NCBI GenBank assembly: GCA_964658305.1
Contig: OZ210884.1
Coordinates: forward strand, 2,976,001-3,040,000
DNA length: 64,000 bases
Direction of reading: 5' to 3'
DNA from: Leptogorgia sarmentosa
Taxonomy: Eukaryota
Positions 12,901-27,900 of this stretch are shown in pieces. Position 1 is the stretch's first letter; the number at the start of each line of letters is the position of its first letter. The position numbers and the translations under genes were made by a program. The notes under the pieces were generated by a model. That model was not told the DNA's origin, ran no database searches, and saw only the letters and a program-made list of their open reading frames with translations.

Positions 12901-15900
12901 TCAACAACAGACTACTTTGAAAAAAGAGCAGAAACAAAACATGTCATCCTAAATGACCTAAAGACAAAACTAATCTAGTTTTCGATCTCTAGATACCAAC
13001 CAATGTGTGTCAGATACGCCATGTCATCCTAATGCAACCTGCAACAACACAGAAGGATCTTACACCTGTTCATGCAATATTGGATACAGCGGTGATGGCG
13101 AATCTTGTGATGGTAAGGGACAATCGATACACTTTGTCTTCACAAAGTTTATTGAAGAAAGGAACGAACCTGCCTTGGCATAATTTGTATAGGTGATAGC
13201 ATGGTTTCGAGTGCAATTTGGAAAAAAAACATGCACGAGTGAGTTTTCCAAATACATTCAAATTTACACGAGTTCGAAGGTCGAGTGCAATTTGAAGTCT
13301 TTGAAAAACTCACGAGTGTATGCTTTTCCAAATTGCACGAGAAAACATACTATTACTTGCTAATTATACTTGTCTCGCTTTGTTCGGCCGCTATTTTACG
13401 AAGCGAAGTTGTTTTGCTTGTCCATCGAGCACTTGTTTGAACGAAGAGAAATATCATAATATCACTTTTAAACTGTCTGGTTCATATTCATCGCCGTTTC
13501 TTCTGCATAAAAACAATCGAGCAAATTATATAATCTAACTCCTGTTGCGGAATATTTTGTATATCCTTTTCAATACACCATTTATTCCGCACAGTCAAAC
13601 AAAAGACTAGATATCTTTGCTGGTATTTTCATTTTTTGTGGCGATGGTGTAAATTGTATAGAAGTAAACATGAATTTATTCCCGGAACAAATTATTACTA
13701 GTGCAGACTATTACATTCAAACTAGTTGTAAAAGTTTGGTTTAAAATTATTTTAGATGATTTTTGGACTAAAACAGGTGCATAGAATTCTTCAACATTCC
13801 AAATACGCGAAGAGTCCGCTTTCGTCGTCTTTGTAGCCTATGGCCATTTTCATATTTGTCACTAGTTTGCCACAACACCAGATTCATGTTACAAAGTCAT
13901 TTTTTGCTGTTGCAGATATTAACGAATGTACAACTAACACACACAATTGCCACGACAATGCTAATTGTACAAACACAAATGGATCATTTACATGTGAATG
14001 TTGGAATGGATTTATTGGGGATGGTGAAAATTGTACAGGTATATATAATGAACAAATTTTCAGAATAAATTATTGCCAACATTATTACCACTTTTCGAAC
14101 TGGATCAGAAAGTTGTGACTAATCCCATAGCATATTTTTTTTTCTTATGCCATCCCGAGAGTCATCTTTCAATCTTCTCTGTTTTTTCAATTCACTCTTT
14201 TAAAATCCGTTCCAACACCGAAACCACACCGAATTCAATGGTGGAATTAGCCAATATTGGCAATGTTTCTTTTTGCTGTTGCAGATATTGACGAATGTAT
14301 AAGAAACACACACAATTGCAACCACAATGCAAATTGTACAAACACGAATGGATCATTTACATGTGAATGCTGGGGTGGATTTACTGGGGATGGTGAAAAT
14401 TGTACAGGTAGATTTAATCAATTCAGTCTTTTCAAATTCGACGCAACTTCGTCACCCCAACGAATGCATTGGTGGAATTTGCCAAAATTGACAATGTCTC
14501 TTTTTGCGGTTGCAGATATTAACGAATGTACAACTAACACACACAATTGCCACGACAATGCAAATTGTACCAACACAAATGGATCATTTACATGTGAATG
14601 TTGGAATGGATTTACTGGGGATGGTGAAAATTGTACAGGTATATATAATGAAGAAATTTTCAGAATAAATTATTGCAAACATTATGACTACTTTTCGAAG
14701 TGGACGAAAAAGTTGTGACCAATCCCATAGCATATTTTATTTTATTATGCCATCCCGAGGTTCATATTTCGATCTTCTCTTTTTTTTTCAATTCACTCTT
14801 TTAAAATTCGTCGCAACATCGTCACCCCACAGAATTAATTAGGTAAATTTGCCAAAATTGACAATGTCTCTTTTTGCTGTTCCAGATATTAACGAATGTA
14901 CAACTAACACACACAATTGCCACGACAATGCTAATTGTACAAACACATATGGTTCATTTACATGTGAATGTTGGAATGGATTTACTGGGGATGGTGAAAA
15001 TTGTACAGGTACATGTAATCAATTGACACTCTGACAATTCGACGCAATTCGTCACCACACCGAATACATTGGGGGAATTTGCCAAAATTGGCAATGTCTC
15101 TTTTTGCTGTTGCAGATATTAACGAATGTACAACTAACACACACAATTGCCACGACAATGCTAACTGTACAAACACAAATGGATCATTTACATGTGAATG
15201 TTGGAATGGATTTATTGGGGATGGTGAAAATTGTGCAGGTGTATATAATGAACAAATTTTCAGAACAAATTATTACCAACATTATTACCACTTTTCGAAC
15301 TGGATCAGAAAGTTGTGACTAATCCCATAGCATTTTTTTTTATTATGCCATCCATAGAGTCATCTTTCGTTCTTCTTTGTTTTTTCAATTCACTCTTTTA
15401 AAATCCGTTCTAACACCGTCACCCCACCGAATTCAATGGGGGAATAAGCCAATATTGACAATGTCTCTTTTTGCTGTTCCAGATATTAACGAATGTACAA
15501 CTAACACACACAATTGCCACGACAATGCTAATTGTACAAACACATATGGTTCATTTACATGTGAATGTTGGAATGGATTTACTGGGGATGGTGAAAATTG
15601 TACAGGTACATGTAATCAATTGACACTGTGACAATTCGACGCAATTCGTCACCACACCGAATACATTGGGGGAATTTGCCAAAATTGGCAATGTCTCTTT
15701 TTGCTGTTGCAGATATTAACGAATGTACAACTAACACACACAATTGCCACGACAATGCTAACTGTACAAACACAAATGGATCATTTACATGTGAATGTTG
15801 GAATGGATTTATTGGGGATGGTGAAAATTGTGCAGGTGTATATAATGAACAAATTTTCAGAACAAATTATTGCCAACATTATTACCACTTTTCGAACTGG

Positions 15901-18900
15901 ATCAGAAAGTTGTGACTAATCCCATAGCATTTTTTTTTATTATGCCATCCGTAGAGTCATCTTTCGTTCTTCTCTGTTTTTTCAATTCACTCTTTTAAAA
16001 TCCGTTCTAACACCGTCACCCCACCGAATTCAATGAGGGAATAAGCCAATATTGGCAATGTCTCTTTTTGCTGTTGCAGATATTAACGAATGTACAACTA
16101 ACACACACAATTGCCACGACAATGCTAATTGTACAAGCACAAATGGATCATTTGCATGTGAATGCTGGAATGGATTTACTGGGGATGGTGAAAATTGTAC
16201 AGGTATATATAATGAAGAAATTTTCAGAATAAATTATTGCAAACATTATGACTACTTTTCGAACTGGATGAAAAAGTTGTGACCAATCCCATAGCATATT
16301 TCATTTTATTATGCCATCCCGAGATTCATATTTCGATCTTTTCTTTTTTTTTCAATTCACTCTTTTAAAAATCGTCGAAACATCGTCACCCCACCGAATT
16401 CAATGGGGGAATTAGACAATATTGGCAATGTTTCTTTTTGCTGTTGCAGATATTGACGAATGTATAACTAACACACAGAATTGCCACCACAATGCAAATT
16501 GTACGAACACAAATGGATCATTTACATGTGAATGCTGGGGTGGATTTACTGGGGATGGTGAAAATTGTACAGGTAGATGTAATCAACTCAGTCTTTTCAA
16601 ATTCGACGCAACTTCGTCACCCCAACGAATGCATTGGTTGAATTTGCCAAAATTGACAATGTCTCTTTTTGCGGTTGCAGATATTAACGAATGTACAACT
16701 AACACACACAATTGCCACGACAATGCAAATTGTACCAACACAAATGGATCATTTACATGTGAATGTTGGAATGGATTTACTGGGGATGGTGAAAATTGTA
16801 CAGGTATATATAATGAAGAAATTTTCAGAATAAATTATTGCAAACATTATGACTACTTTTCGAACTGGATGAAAAAGTTGTGACCAATCCCATAGCATAT
16901 TTCATTTTATTATGCCATCCCGAGATTCATATTTCGATCTTCTCTTTTTTTTTCAATTCACTCTTTTAAAATTCGTCGCAACATCATCACCCCACCGAAT
17001 TCAATGGGGGAATCAGCCAATATTGGCAATGTCTCTTTTTGCTGTTGCAGATATTAACGAATGTACAACTAACACACACAATTGCCACGACAATGCTAAT
17101 TGTACAAACACAAATGAATCATTTACATGTGAATGCTGGAATGGATTTAATGGGGATGGTGAAAATTGTACAGGTAGATGTAATCAATTCAGTCTTTTCA
17201 AATTCGACGCAACTTCGTCACCCCAACGAATGCATTGGTGGAATTTGCCAAAATTGACAATGTCTCTTTTTGCTGTTGCAGATATTAACGAATGTACAAC
17301 TAACACACACAATTGCCACGACAATGCCAATTGTACAAACACAAATGGATCATTTACATGTGAATGTTGGAATGGATTTATTGGGGATGGTGAAAATTGT
17401 GCAGGTGTATATAATGAACAAATTTTCAGAACAAATTATTGCCAACATTATTACCACTTTTCGAATCGGATCAGAAAGTTGTGACTAATCCCATAGCATT
17501 TTTTTTTATTATGCTATCCATAGAGTCATCTTTCGTTTTTCTCTGTTTTTTCAATTCCCTCTTTTAAAATCCGTTCTAACACCGTCACCCCACCGAATTC
17601 AATGGGGGAATAAGCCAATATTGGCAATGTCCCTTTTTGCTGTTGCAGATATTAACGAATGTACAACTAACACACACAATTGCCACGACAATGCTAATTG
17701 TACAAGCACCAATGGATCATTTACATGTGAATGCTGGAATGGATTTAATGGGGATGGTGAAAATTGTACAGGTATATATAATGAACAAATTTTCAGAATA
17801 AATTATTGCAAAGGTTATGACTACTTTTCGAACTGGATGAAAAAGTTGTGACTAATCCCATAGCATATTTTATTTTATTATGCCAACCGCAGAGTCATCT
17901 TTCGATCTTCTCTTATTTTTCAATTCACTCTTCTAAAATTCGTCGCAACATCGTCACCTCACCGAATTAATTAAGGGAATTTGCCAAAATTGACAATGTC
18001 TCTTTTTGCTGTTGCAGATATTAACGAATGTACAACTAACACACACAATTGCCACGACAATGCTAATTGTACAAACACAAATGGATCATTTACATGTGAC
18101 TGTTGGAATGGATTTACTGGTGATGGAGAAAATTGTACAGGTACTGTAGATGTAATGAACAAATTCTCAGAATAAATTCTTGCCAACATTATGACCACTT
18201 TTCAAACTGGTTGAAAAAGTTGTGAATGATGCTATAAAAAATATTATTTTATTATGCCATTCAGAGAGTCATCCTTCGATCTTCTCTTTTTTTCAATTCA
18301 CTTTTTAAAATTCGACGCAACTTCGTCACCCCACCGAATTCATTGGTTGAATTTGCCAAAATTGACAATGTCTCTTTTTGCGGTTGCAGATATTAACGAA
18401 TGTACAACTAACACACACAATTGCCACGACAATGCTAATTGTACAAACACAAATGGGTCATTTATATGTGAATGTTGGAATGGATTTACTGGAAACAACG
18501 GAGTGGAATACGTCATCTATTCAAATGCAACACACGTATTATACGTTCCCGTTGAAGGAGGCAAATCCACCGTGATCCTGTCAGCGCAGAGTGCCACCTT
18601 TGGATATGATAAAATAAATTATCGCCTGTGGTATCATGAATCTGTTAGAGTCGCTCTCTCTGAAACCGGTCCAGATGGAAGTGACTCAAAAACTGTGCCC
18701 GTTCCATCTACATTCAATTCGTTTGCTGTTGATGAAGTAAACAAAACCATTTACTACGTGAATTACGTGAACAGCAAGGACGTTAGCGTTCAATCTATTG
18801 ATTATGAAGGCACTGCCCTTCCAGAGATTGCCGAATTGCAAAGTGATGAAGATTATAGGGACATAGAAATCGATGCCTATAGCAGGTATGTGACAGTTGT

Positions 18901-21900
18901 TCGAAGTACTATGGATAATGAGTTTTGATTTTCTAGCAAAATTATCAGGAAAATCATGTGTGTATATAGCAATTTTGCTTTCTTTCCAGTAGTGCGGATC
19001 ATTAGTTAACACAATTAGTGAATGACTTTGGGAAAATAACAATTCCTCAGTTGTTGCCTAATCGCTGTGCGAGTTTGCGAGCGTCAGCGCAAACCGCCGT
19101 GCGGGTTTTCCCCGGGGCAAGGGTACTAATTCCCCACGGCTATTCACACCAGGGTAAACGACAGCATAGCGGAGTCCGACGTTCCTGAATTTCGTTGTTA
19201 TTTAGGATACCATAATATAAGGATGGTCTTCAATGATCTCAGAAACATAGGAGAATGTCCTGAAGTGGAGAAGCCATAACATTTTTTGAAAAGGCAATAG
19301 CGAAGACTAAATCTACGCTGCTAGGCTTGAAAAGCCTTTATTCTGAGAAGATCTAATTGCTAAGAAAACAATTTTTTTGTTTTTTGTATTTAACATTTGT
19401 ATGAGAGGTCAGCTAACCGCTATCGACCTTTCCACGAGTATAAGTTTATGTTTTTAAATGCAGGTCAAGTTTACATAATTTTTTCTAACTTTACCTCAAA
19501 ACGAGCAGGTGTGAAGATTGGCTGGAAATTGTTTCCATAGTAATGTACGGATAACAAATGAGTCTACAAATTTAAAAAAATGACAATATAACCAACTTAA
19601 AGTAGCTAGATTTCCCCTTTTTTAAAAAAATATGTACAGAAATATGAATTCCCGAGCGTGCCGCTCTTAAAAGGTGCGAAGTGAATTGGCAAATTTAGCT
19701 AATATTGTTTTCTGCATTAACTGACTTCTTGACATTTTTGTACAGCTACGGTCAACATAACTCGAAAATGAATTTCTTTCAAACAATAACCCGTTAAGAC
19801 ATGGTGATGCCTTATCCTCGCACTGTTTACACAATTGACAACATTACAATTTACAACCCTCCTGCACCCCCCCCCCCCCCTCCTCGTTCACCCCTGCGCT
19901 CCTACCAGTCACCCCAAGTGTTACCACAGCAATGTTTCCTAGTTTGTCCAAAGTGGAAAAGTGGATAACATGGGAAAGCAATCGAAGCAAACATTGTTTG
20001 CGCAAAAATGCTTCCTACTTTGCCCAGGGCTTTACACCTCCTTTTGAAAACCATTGAACAACTGTATTCAAATATCATTTCAGATCAATATTCCTCACCA
20101 CCGATTTGACGAATTCGCGCAACCTCATCCGCTATAATCTTGCCGATGGTACAAAACAAACTCTTCATGACTCTATTCGTGGAATAGGTACACATCTTAC
20201 GGTTGACACGAAAAACAGAGTGGTTTACTGGATACTTTTCACCAAAGAGAGCGAATATAAAATTTACAAGACTACCTATGCCGGTCAAACTTCGCAGATT
20301 GGAGCAAACCAAACAGGAAATGTCAATGATGTGGACATTGGCGAAGGAATTGGATACTTTTATATCCTTGACTCCGCCTCTTCAGAAATTAGAAAATACA
20401 ACAAAACAAGCGATACATTTGTCAGCAGGATCTCAATTTCACCAGGAGCGAAACGAATGATTGTGGTAACTGGTAGGTATTGACTTGAACCGATCAAAAC
20501 GTATACACTCAATCCCCAGAAAAGTAGATTTCTACCGAAACTTGATAAGTTGATTATCTCCTGTCCGTTTTCGACCCTTCTTTACTTTTCTTTCTTTTTT
20601 GAAAGTAGGTATTATGTAGCTACGTGTAATTATTTATCTTTCAGAACCTATGTTCCGCTTTGCCTTGAAGAAGTTGAACAAAATAAATAATACTCAAGTT
20701 ATATCACAATTTCTCTTGGTACATTATGAGAATTTTCTTCATTTCTAGACCGGAATAATTGTGCTGTAAATAATACATGTCCAGCTAACTCGACCTGCTC
20801 TAATATTCCCAGTAACACCGTGTGCTCTTGCGACACTGGATTTACAGGAAATCGAACATATTGTGAAGGTGCGTATTTCTCAGAATATTGAAATTATAAA
20901 CATCAATTTATATATGTTATTTTCCAGTACGGACCGACTTAAATGGTAAATAACTTATTTATTTTTTTATGCTCGAAGCTATAATCCAACTCATAAGAAA
21001 TTGCAGTTTTGCAAACTAGATTTGAGATCAGTTGTGTTTGTTTACTTTGCTACTCTATTGCAAGTATGGCTGCTAAACAGCCAAGACGAAGTGAGAAAAA
21101 ACCCTTCAATATTGACGCATTTGCTTCAATATTGATGCTTTTCTTCTCAACATTACAATGAAAACATTACAACTTATTAAAATTGTTTATTTTCCCGTTC
21201 GTTTCATGATTATATAAACATGGTTAAAATACGCTTTAGACACGGAAATATTTCGCCGAGAAGGTTTTGGTTTGTTCATACTGATGAGACTTGTTTTTGT
21301 TGCTGTAAATATCCCCTAAAATATCCCTCAGCATAATAATAAAAATGAACTATCATGTGTTCTTTATCGCCTAAATTCGTTTTGAATGTTTTAAAAAAAC
21401 TTAAAAATTTTAAAGGGAGTCTTTGTAAACAAACTAAATCGCTAAAAAAGATATCGTAAAAAGCCGCCCGCTGCTGTAGCCAATCATATTGTAGGAAATA
21501 AAAAAATATCACTAGGCATGCACAAATAAAAAAATAAATAGACTTATTTCGAAAAGCAAACTAAGCGGAAGTGAAAGATTCAGGAAACGATACGAAACGA
21601 TAACTCCTCAGATTGATTTCGCCTGTGATTTAACTGATGCCGGCATAGAAAAATTAACCTTTTGAACAAAGATTATTTGGTAAGAAATAGACGTCTTTTG
21701 TTGAAAAAAAAATCAATGTTTTAGACTCAAACCTGGTTTCCTGTTTAGTTCCAACCGTTTTACATCTATCTGTTGCAAAAAGTGAGGATTTATGATATTT
21801 TTATAATAATCAGCAAATGACAATTAGTGTTTTGATGTGTCAAAAAAACATTGTTCTTCAACAAAAAAAAATGTGTTGTGAAACATTTTTACATACTGCT

Positions 21901-24900
21901 AAACTTATTTTGCAGTGAACTATTCTTTTTAATCTTAAATTTCCTATTCTTCTTCTTACTCTTATAAAACATCAATATATCGATTCTGCGCTGAAGCAAA
22001 AGCAGCAAAAATTGAAGCAAAAAGAACCATTCCAAAAAAATCGAAATATAGATAAAGATATTACAATTCAATAACAACAGCAAGGTTACTTTTGAGCAGT
22101 CTTTCTCATGACCATCGACATACAACATTAGCCTAGCGATTTAGTTTTTTTTTTTTGGAGGGGGGGGAGTTGTGGGGGGGGGGGGTGAGCCGTTTTGAAA
22201 AGCGGAACCTCGGAAATGTGAGTTCTTCCAACATTCTTGCAATTCTTCCGTAAAAAGAAGAAAAAATGTAACTGTCTACATATACTATTTATTATGAGTG
22301 CAAAAAGTTATGTTCTTCAGGCTCGCGACATGAGTGAAACATCTGCGTGTTCTAACCGGAAAATCCCTGCTAAATTACTCGTATTTCCATCTTTTAAAGA
22401 TATCAATGAATGTATGGATAGTCCATGTGGTTTCAATGCAAACTGTTCGAACAGCATCGGTTCATTCGATTGTTCATGCCAGTTGGGATATGAAGGCAGC
22501 GGTACAAACTGCACAGGTAGGTTTTCCTTTGGTATTCTTCTCTCTTGAGGAAGAAATTTTTTCCATTAATGTAGGGATTACTACTTTCAACAAGGTAGGT
22601 CAGTGGCAACGGTTCTCGCACATGCAAATGTATAACGCGATATGAAGGCAATGGAACATGGAGGGGCGCAACCGTGGGGGGTGTGAGGAACATCGCCGGC
22701 ACAAAAATTTACTTTTGGGGGCAATACATGGGTTCCACCACACAAAATGTCGTTGTCTTAGTATTGACCACAAATATGCCATCTTAATCACATGACCCGA
22801 AATGATTTAAGCAAACTCGCACAAATTATTATAATAGCCTACAATGATCAAACGACAGCAGCCTTAGGCTGCGGAAGCACAGAAGAAACTACGTTACGAT
22901 AAATTACGTTTTCATGGTGCATATTATGCTTCTTTCAAGAGGTGGATGTGAGCAGAATTTACATGAACTACAAACAACTATCTTTTCTTTTCAAATTGAT
23001 ATCCACAAAGTATTTTTCTCACAAAAAGGAGGAAGGAGGAAAAGATCGAATAAGAAAAAATTCTCTGAAATTATCAAAATTTTCAGTATCAAAACAAAAG
23101 ATATCTTTGAACGGTTTACTGTGTGCATTTCTATTTCTGTAACAAATAACAGAGGTGCTTTATGAAATCGCCGGTACAATTAAGGAAAATGCATAATATA
23201 CAACGTAACTGTCACGGAGAACAATAAATTGAAAAAATATTTAATAGCAATTATATTCTAAGCAATTTAATTTGTCATTTGTTTCTGCACAATAAATTAA
23301 TACTTCAAATATTGCTTTATTTAAATATCTTTATTGTTGCAGATGTCAATGAGTGTGCCAATAACACACATAATTGTGACGTCCAAGCTACATGTACGAA
23401 TACAAATGGATCATTTACATGTGCGTGCAAAAATGGCTTTTTTGGCAATGGTGTAAACTGTAAAGGTGAGTTGAATGAATTTATCATTAAATAAATTATT
23501 CGAACCATTTTTGTTGATTTAAATACACGGAAAAGTTGTTAAGGATATTAATCCGAATTTGTTGGCATGCATCTAGTGATGGTGCTCCAGTCTTCAGAAT
23601 AGTTTGACAGATATTGGGAAACATTAATGCAAAAAATAATATTCTTGATGTTTCGTCAACGACTTCGCCTCCTCAACTCATCGATTCAAAGGTTATCAAG
23701 TCTCTTTTATTTTTCAGATGTGAATGAATGCGCCAGTAACACACACAATTGTAATGACAATGCCATATGTACTAACACAAATGGATCATTTACATGTGTG
23801 TGTAAAAATGGCTTTCTTGGCAATGGTGTAAACTGTACAGGTTGGTGGAATGAACTTCTTATTCAATCAATTTGTCCAAATTTTGGCGTAGGCTTTTTTT
23901 GCGATATTCAGCAAAATGTTACCAAAATTAAAGAAACAAGGAAAGTTGCCAAAAGGTTGCCTGTTAAATAAAGTTACATTTGAAAACACAGATATATTTG
24001 AAAAGACAATTGCCCCAAAAAGTCTGTGTGAGTGCTAATAATGTGTTTAGCTGGCCTGTCGCACCTATGAAAAGAAATCATGGTCCAATACCTTAGGTTT
24101 AAATACCTTGTTGTTGTTGTTAAGGATGATAATCAGCGATTGTTGATATGTAGCAAATGTGCTCCAATCTTAAGAATAGTTTGATGAAAGATCTTAGAAA
24201 GCATTAATGCAAAAATATTCGCCAATGTCTTCGCCTCTGAAGCACATCTATTCATGGATTGAAACATTATCCGTAAGTTATGAAGTTTCTTCTAATTTTT
24301 GCAGATGTGAATGAATGTGCCGATAACACACACAATTGCCATCACAATGCTTCGTGTAAAAACGCCAATGGATCATTTTCTTGTGTATGTAATAGTGGAT
24401 ATTCAGGCAATGGTGTAAATTGTACAGGTAGGTGGAAAGAACTTCTCAGTAAATAGTTCAATCAAACCTTGGCCTTTGTATTTTTTCGACGAAAAAATAA
24501 CCATGTTAAACAGCATGTGTCGAAAGTGAGGGTGCTAGAGACTTGAATATATTTTGGCCGTCCTATTAATCTGCATGTATTGTCAAAGAATTCGCCTTCG
24601 CATTGCGAAGATTTAAAGAGTTATAGTCGTACGTTATAAATATCTTGTACTTTTTGCAGATGTAAATGAATGTGCCAATAACACAGACAACTGTCACGAC
24701 AATGCTTCTTGTACAAATACGAATGGATCATTTACATGTGCATGTAAAAATGGCTTTTATGGGAATGGTTTCAATTGTACAGGTAGATGGAATTAATTTC
24801 GTATTTGATATTTGGTCGTTGGAATTAGTCGTAAAGTTATAAAGTCTCTTTAACTGTTTGCAGATGTGAATGAATGTGCCAATAACACAGACAACTGTCA

Positions 24901-27900
24901 TGACAATGCTTCTTGTACAAATACGAATGGATCATTTACATGTGCATGTAAAAATGGCTTTTATGGGGATGGTTTAAATTGTACAGGTAGATGGAATTAA
25001 TTTCGTATTTGATATTTGGCCGTTGGAATTATTCGTAGGTTATAAAGTCCTTTAACTGTTTGCAGATGTGAATGAATGTGCCAATAACACAGACAACTGT
25101 CATAACAATGCCTCTTGTACAAACACAAATGGATCATTTACATGTGCATGCAAAAATGGCTTTTCTGGGGATGGCCTAAATTGTACAGGTAGATGGAACT
25201 AAGTCCATTTTTAATATTTGCTCGTAAGAATTGGTCGCAACTTATGAAGTTTCTTTAAATTTACGAAGATGTGGATGAATGTTCCGCTGATACCCACAGT
25301 TGTCACGTCAATGCATTCTGTACAAACACAAATGGATCATTTACATGTGCATGCAAAAGTGGCTTTTCTGGAGATGGTTTAAATTGTACAGGTAGATAGA
25401 ATTAACTTGTTTTTTAAATGTTTGATCATTGGATTTGGTCGTAAGTTATAAATGGTCCTTAAATTTTTGCAGATGTGGATGAATGTTCCAAAAATGCCCA
25501 CCATTGTCACGTCAATGCTTCTTCTACAAACAAAAATGGATCATTTACATGTGAAGGGGAATTTGTCAAAATTGACAATGTTTCTTTTTGCTGTTTCAGA
25601 TATTAACGAATGTACAACTAACACACACAATTGCCACGACAATGCTAATTGTACAAACACAAATGGATCATTTACATGTGAATGTTGGAATGGATTTGCT
25701 GGGGATGGTGAAAATTGCACAGGTAGATGTAATCAATTCAATCTAATAAAATTATTCGCAACTTCGTCACCACACAGAATTCATTGGGGGAATTTGCCAA
25801 ATTGACAATATCTCTTTTTGCTGTTACAGATATTAACGAATGTACAACTAACACACACAATTGCCACGACAATGCTAATTGTACAAACACAAATGGATCA
25901 TTTACATGTGAATGTTGGATTGGATTTACTGGTGATGGTGAAAATTGTACAGGTAGATGTAATGAATAAATTGTCAGAATATATTGTTCCAAACATTATG
26001 ACCACTTTTCAAACTGGTTGGATAAGTTGGGAATTATCCAATAGAATATTTTATTATGCCATCCCGAGAGTCATCTTTCGATCTTCTCTTTTTTTTCAAT
26101 TCACTCTTTTAAAATTCGACGCAATTTCGTCACAACACCGAATTCATTGGGGGGAATTTGCCAAAATTGACAATGTCTCTTTTTGCTGTTGCAGATATTA
26201 ACGAATGTACAACTAACACACACGATTGCCAAGATATTGCTAATTGTACAAACACAAATGGATCATTTACATGCGAATGTTGGAATGGATTTACTGGGGA
26301 TGGTGCACATTGTACAGGTAGATATAGTGAACATATTTTCAGTATAAATTCTTCCCAGCATCATGACCACTTTCAAACTGGTAGAAAAGGTTGTGAATAA
26401 TCCTAATGAATATTTTATTTTATTATGCCATCCCGGGAGTCACCTTTCGATCTTCTCTTTTTTTCGATTCATTTTTTTAAAATTCGACGTAACTTCGTAA
26501 CCACACCGAATTCATTGGGGGAATTTGCCAACATTGACAATGTCTCTTTTTGCTGTTGCAGATATTAACGAATGTACAACTAACACACACAATTGCCACG
26601 ACAATGCTAATTGTACAAACACAAATGGATCATTTACATGTGAATGTTGGAATGGATTTACTGGTGATGGTGAAAATTGTACAGGTAGATGTAATCAATT
26701 CACTCTTTTCAAATTCGACGCAACTTCGTCACCACACAGAATTCATTGGGGGAATTTGCCAAATTGACAATATTTCTTTTTGCTTTTGCAGATATTAACG
26801 AATGTACAACTAACAGACACAATTGCCACGACAATGCTAATTGTACAAACACAAATGGATCATTTACATGTGAATGTTGGAATGGATTTACTGGTGATGG
26901 TGAAAATTGTACAGGTAGATGTAATGAACAAATTTTCAGAATATATTGTTCCCAACATTATGAACACTTTTCAAACTGGTTGGAAAAGTTGTGAATTATC
27001 CAATAGAATATTTTATTATGCCATCCCGAGAGTCGTCTGTCGATCTTCGCTTATTTTTCAATTCACTCTTTTAAAATTCGACGCAATTTCGTCACAACAA
27101 CGAATTCATTGTGGGAATTTGTCAAAATTGACAATGTCTCTTTTTGCTGTTGCAGATATTAACGAATGTACAACTAACACACACAATTGCCACGACACTG
27201 CTAATTGCACAAACACAGATGGATCATTTACATGTGAATGTTGGAAGGGATTTACTGGAGATGGTGCAAATTGTACAGGTAGATGTAGTGAACATACGTA
27301 TTTTCAAAATAAATTCTTACCAGAATTATGACCACTTTCAAACGGGTTTAAAAGGTTGTGAATAATCCTAATGAATATTTTATTTTATTATGCCATCCCC
27401 AGAGTCATCTTTCTACCTTCTCTTTTTTTCAATTCACTTTTTTAAAATTCGACGTAACTTCGTCACCACATCGAATGCATTGGGGGAATTTGCCAAAATT
27501 GACAACGTCTCTTTTTGCTGTTGCAGATATTAACGAATGTACAACTAACACACACAATTGCCACGACAATGCTAATTGTACAAACACAAATGGATCGTTT
27601 ACTTGTGAATGTTGGAATGGATTTACTGGGAATGGTGAAATTTGTACAGGTAGATGTAATCAATTCACTCTTTTCAAATTCGTCGCAACTTCGTCACCAC
27701 ACCGATTTCATTGGGGGGAATTTGCCAAAATTGACAATGTCTCTTTTTGCTGTTGCAGATATTAACGAATGTACAACTAACCTACACAATTGCCACGACA
27801 CTGCTAATTGTACAAACACAGATGGATCATTCACATGTGAATGTTGGAATGGATTTACTTGGGATGGTGCAAATTGTATAGGTAGATGTGATGAACATAT

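Noticed and set aside
14408..14515. Stop-free, in-frame 108-nt introns (also 16573-16680, 17174-17281, 29077-29184) suggesting programmed intron retention
   Set aside because: Sister introns are 107 or 109 nt through small indels, so frame is not conserved; chance explains it
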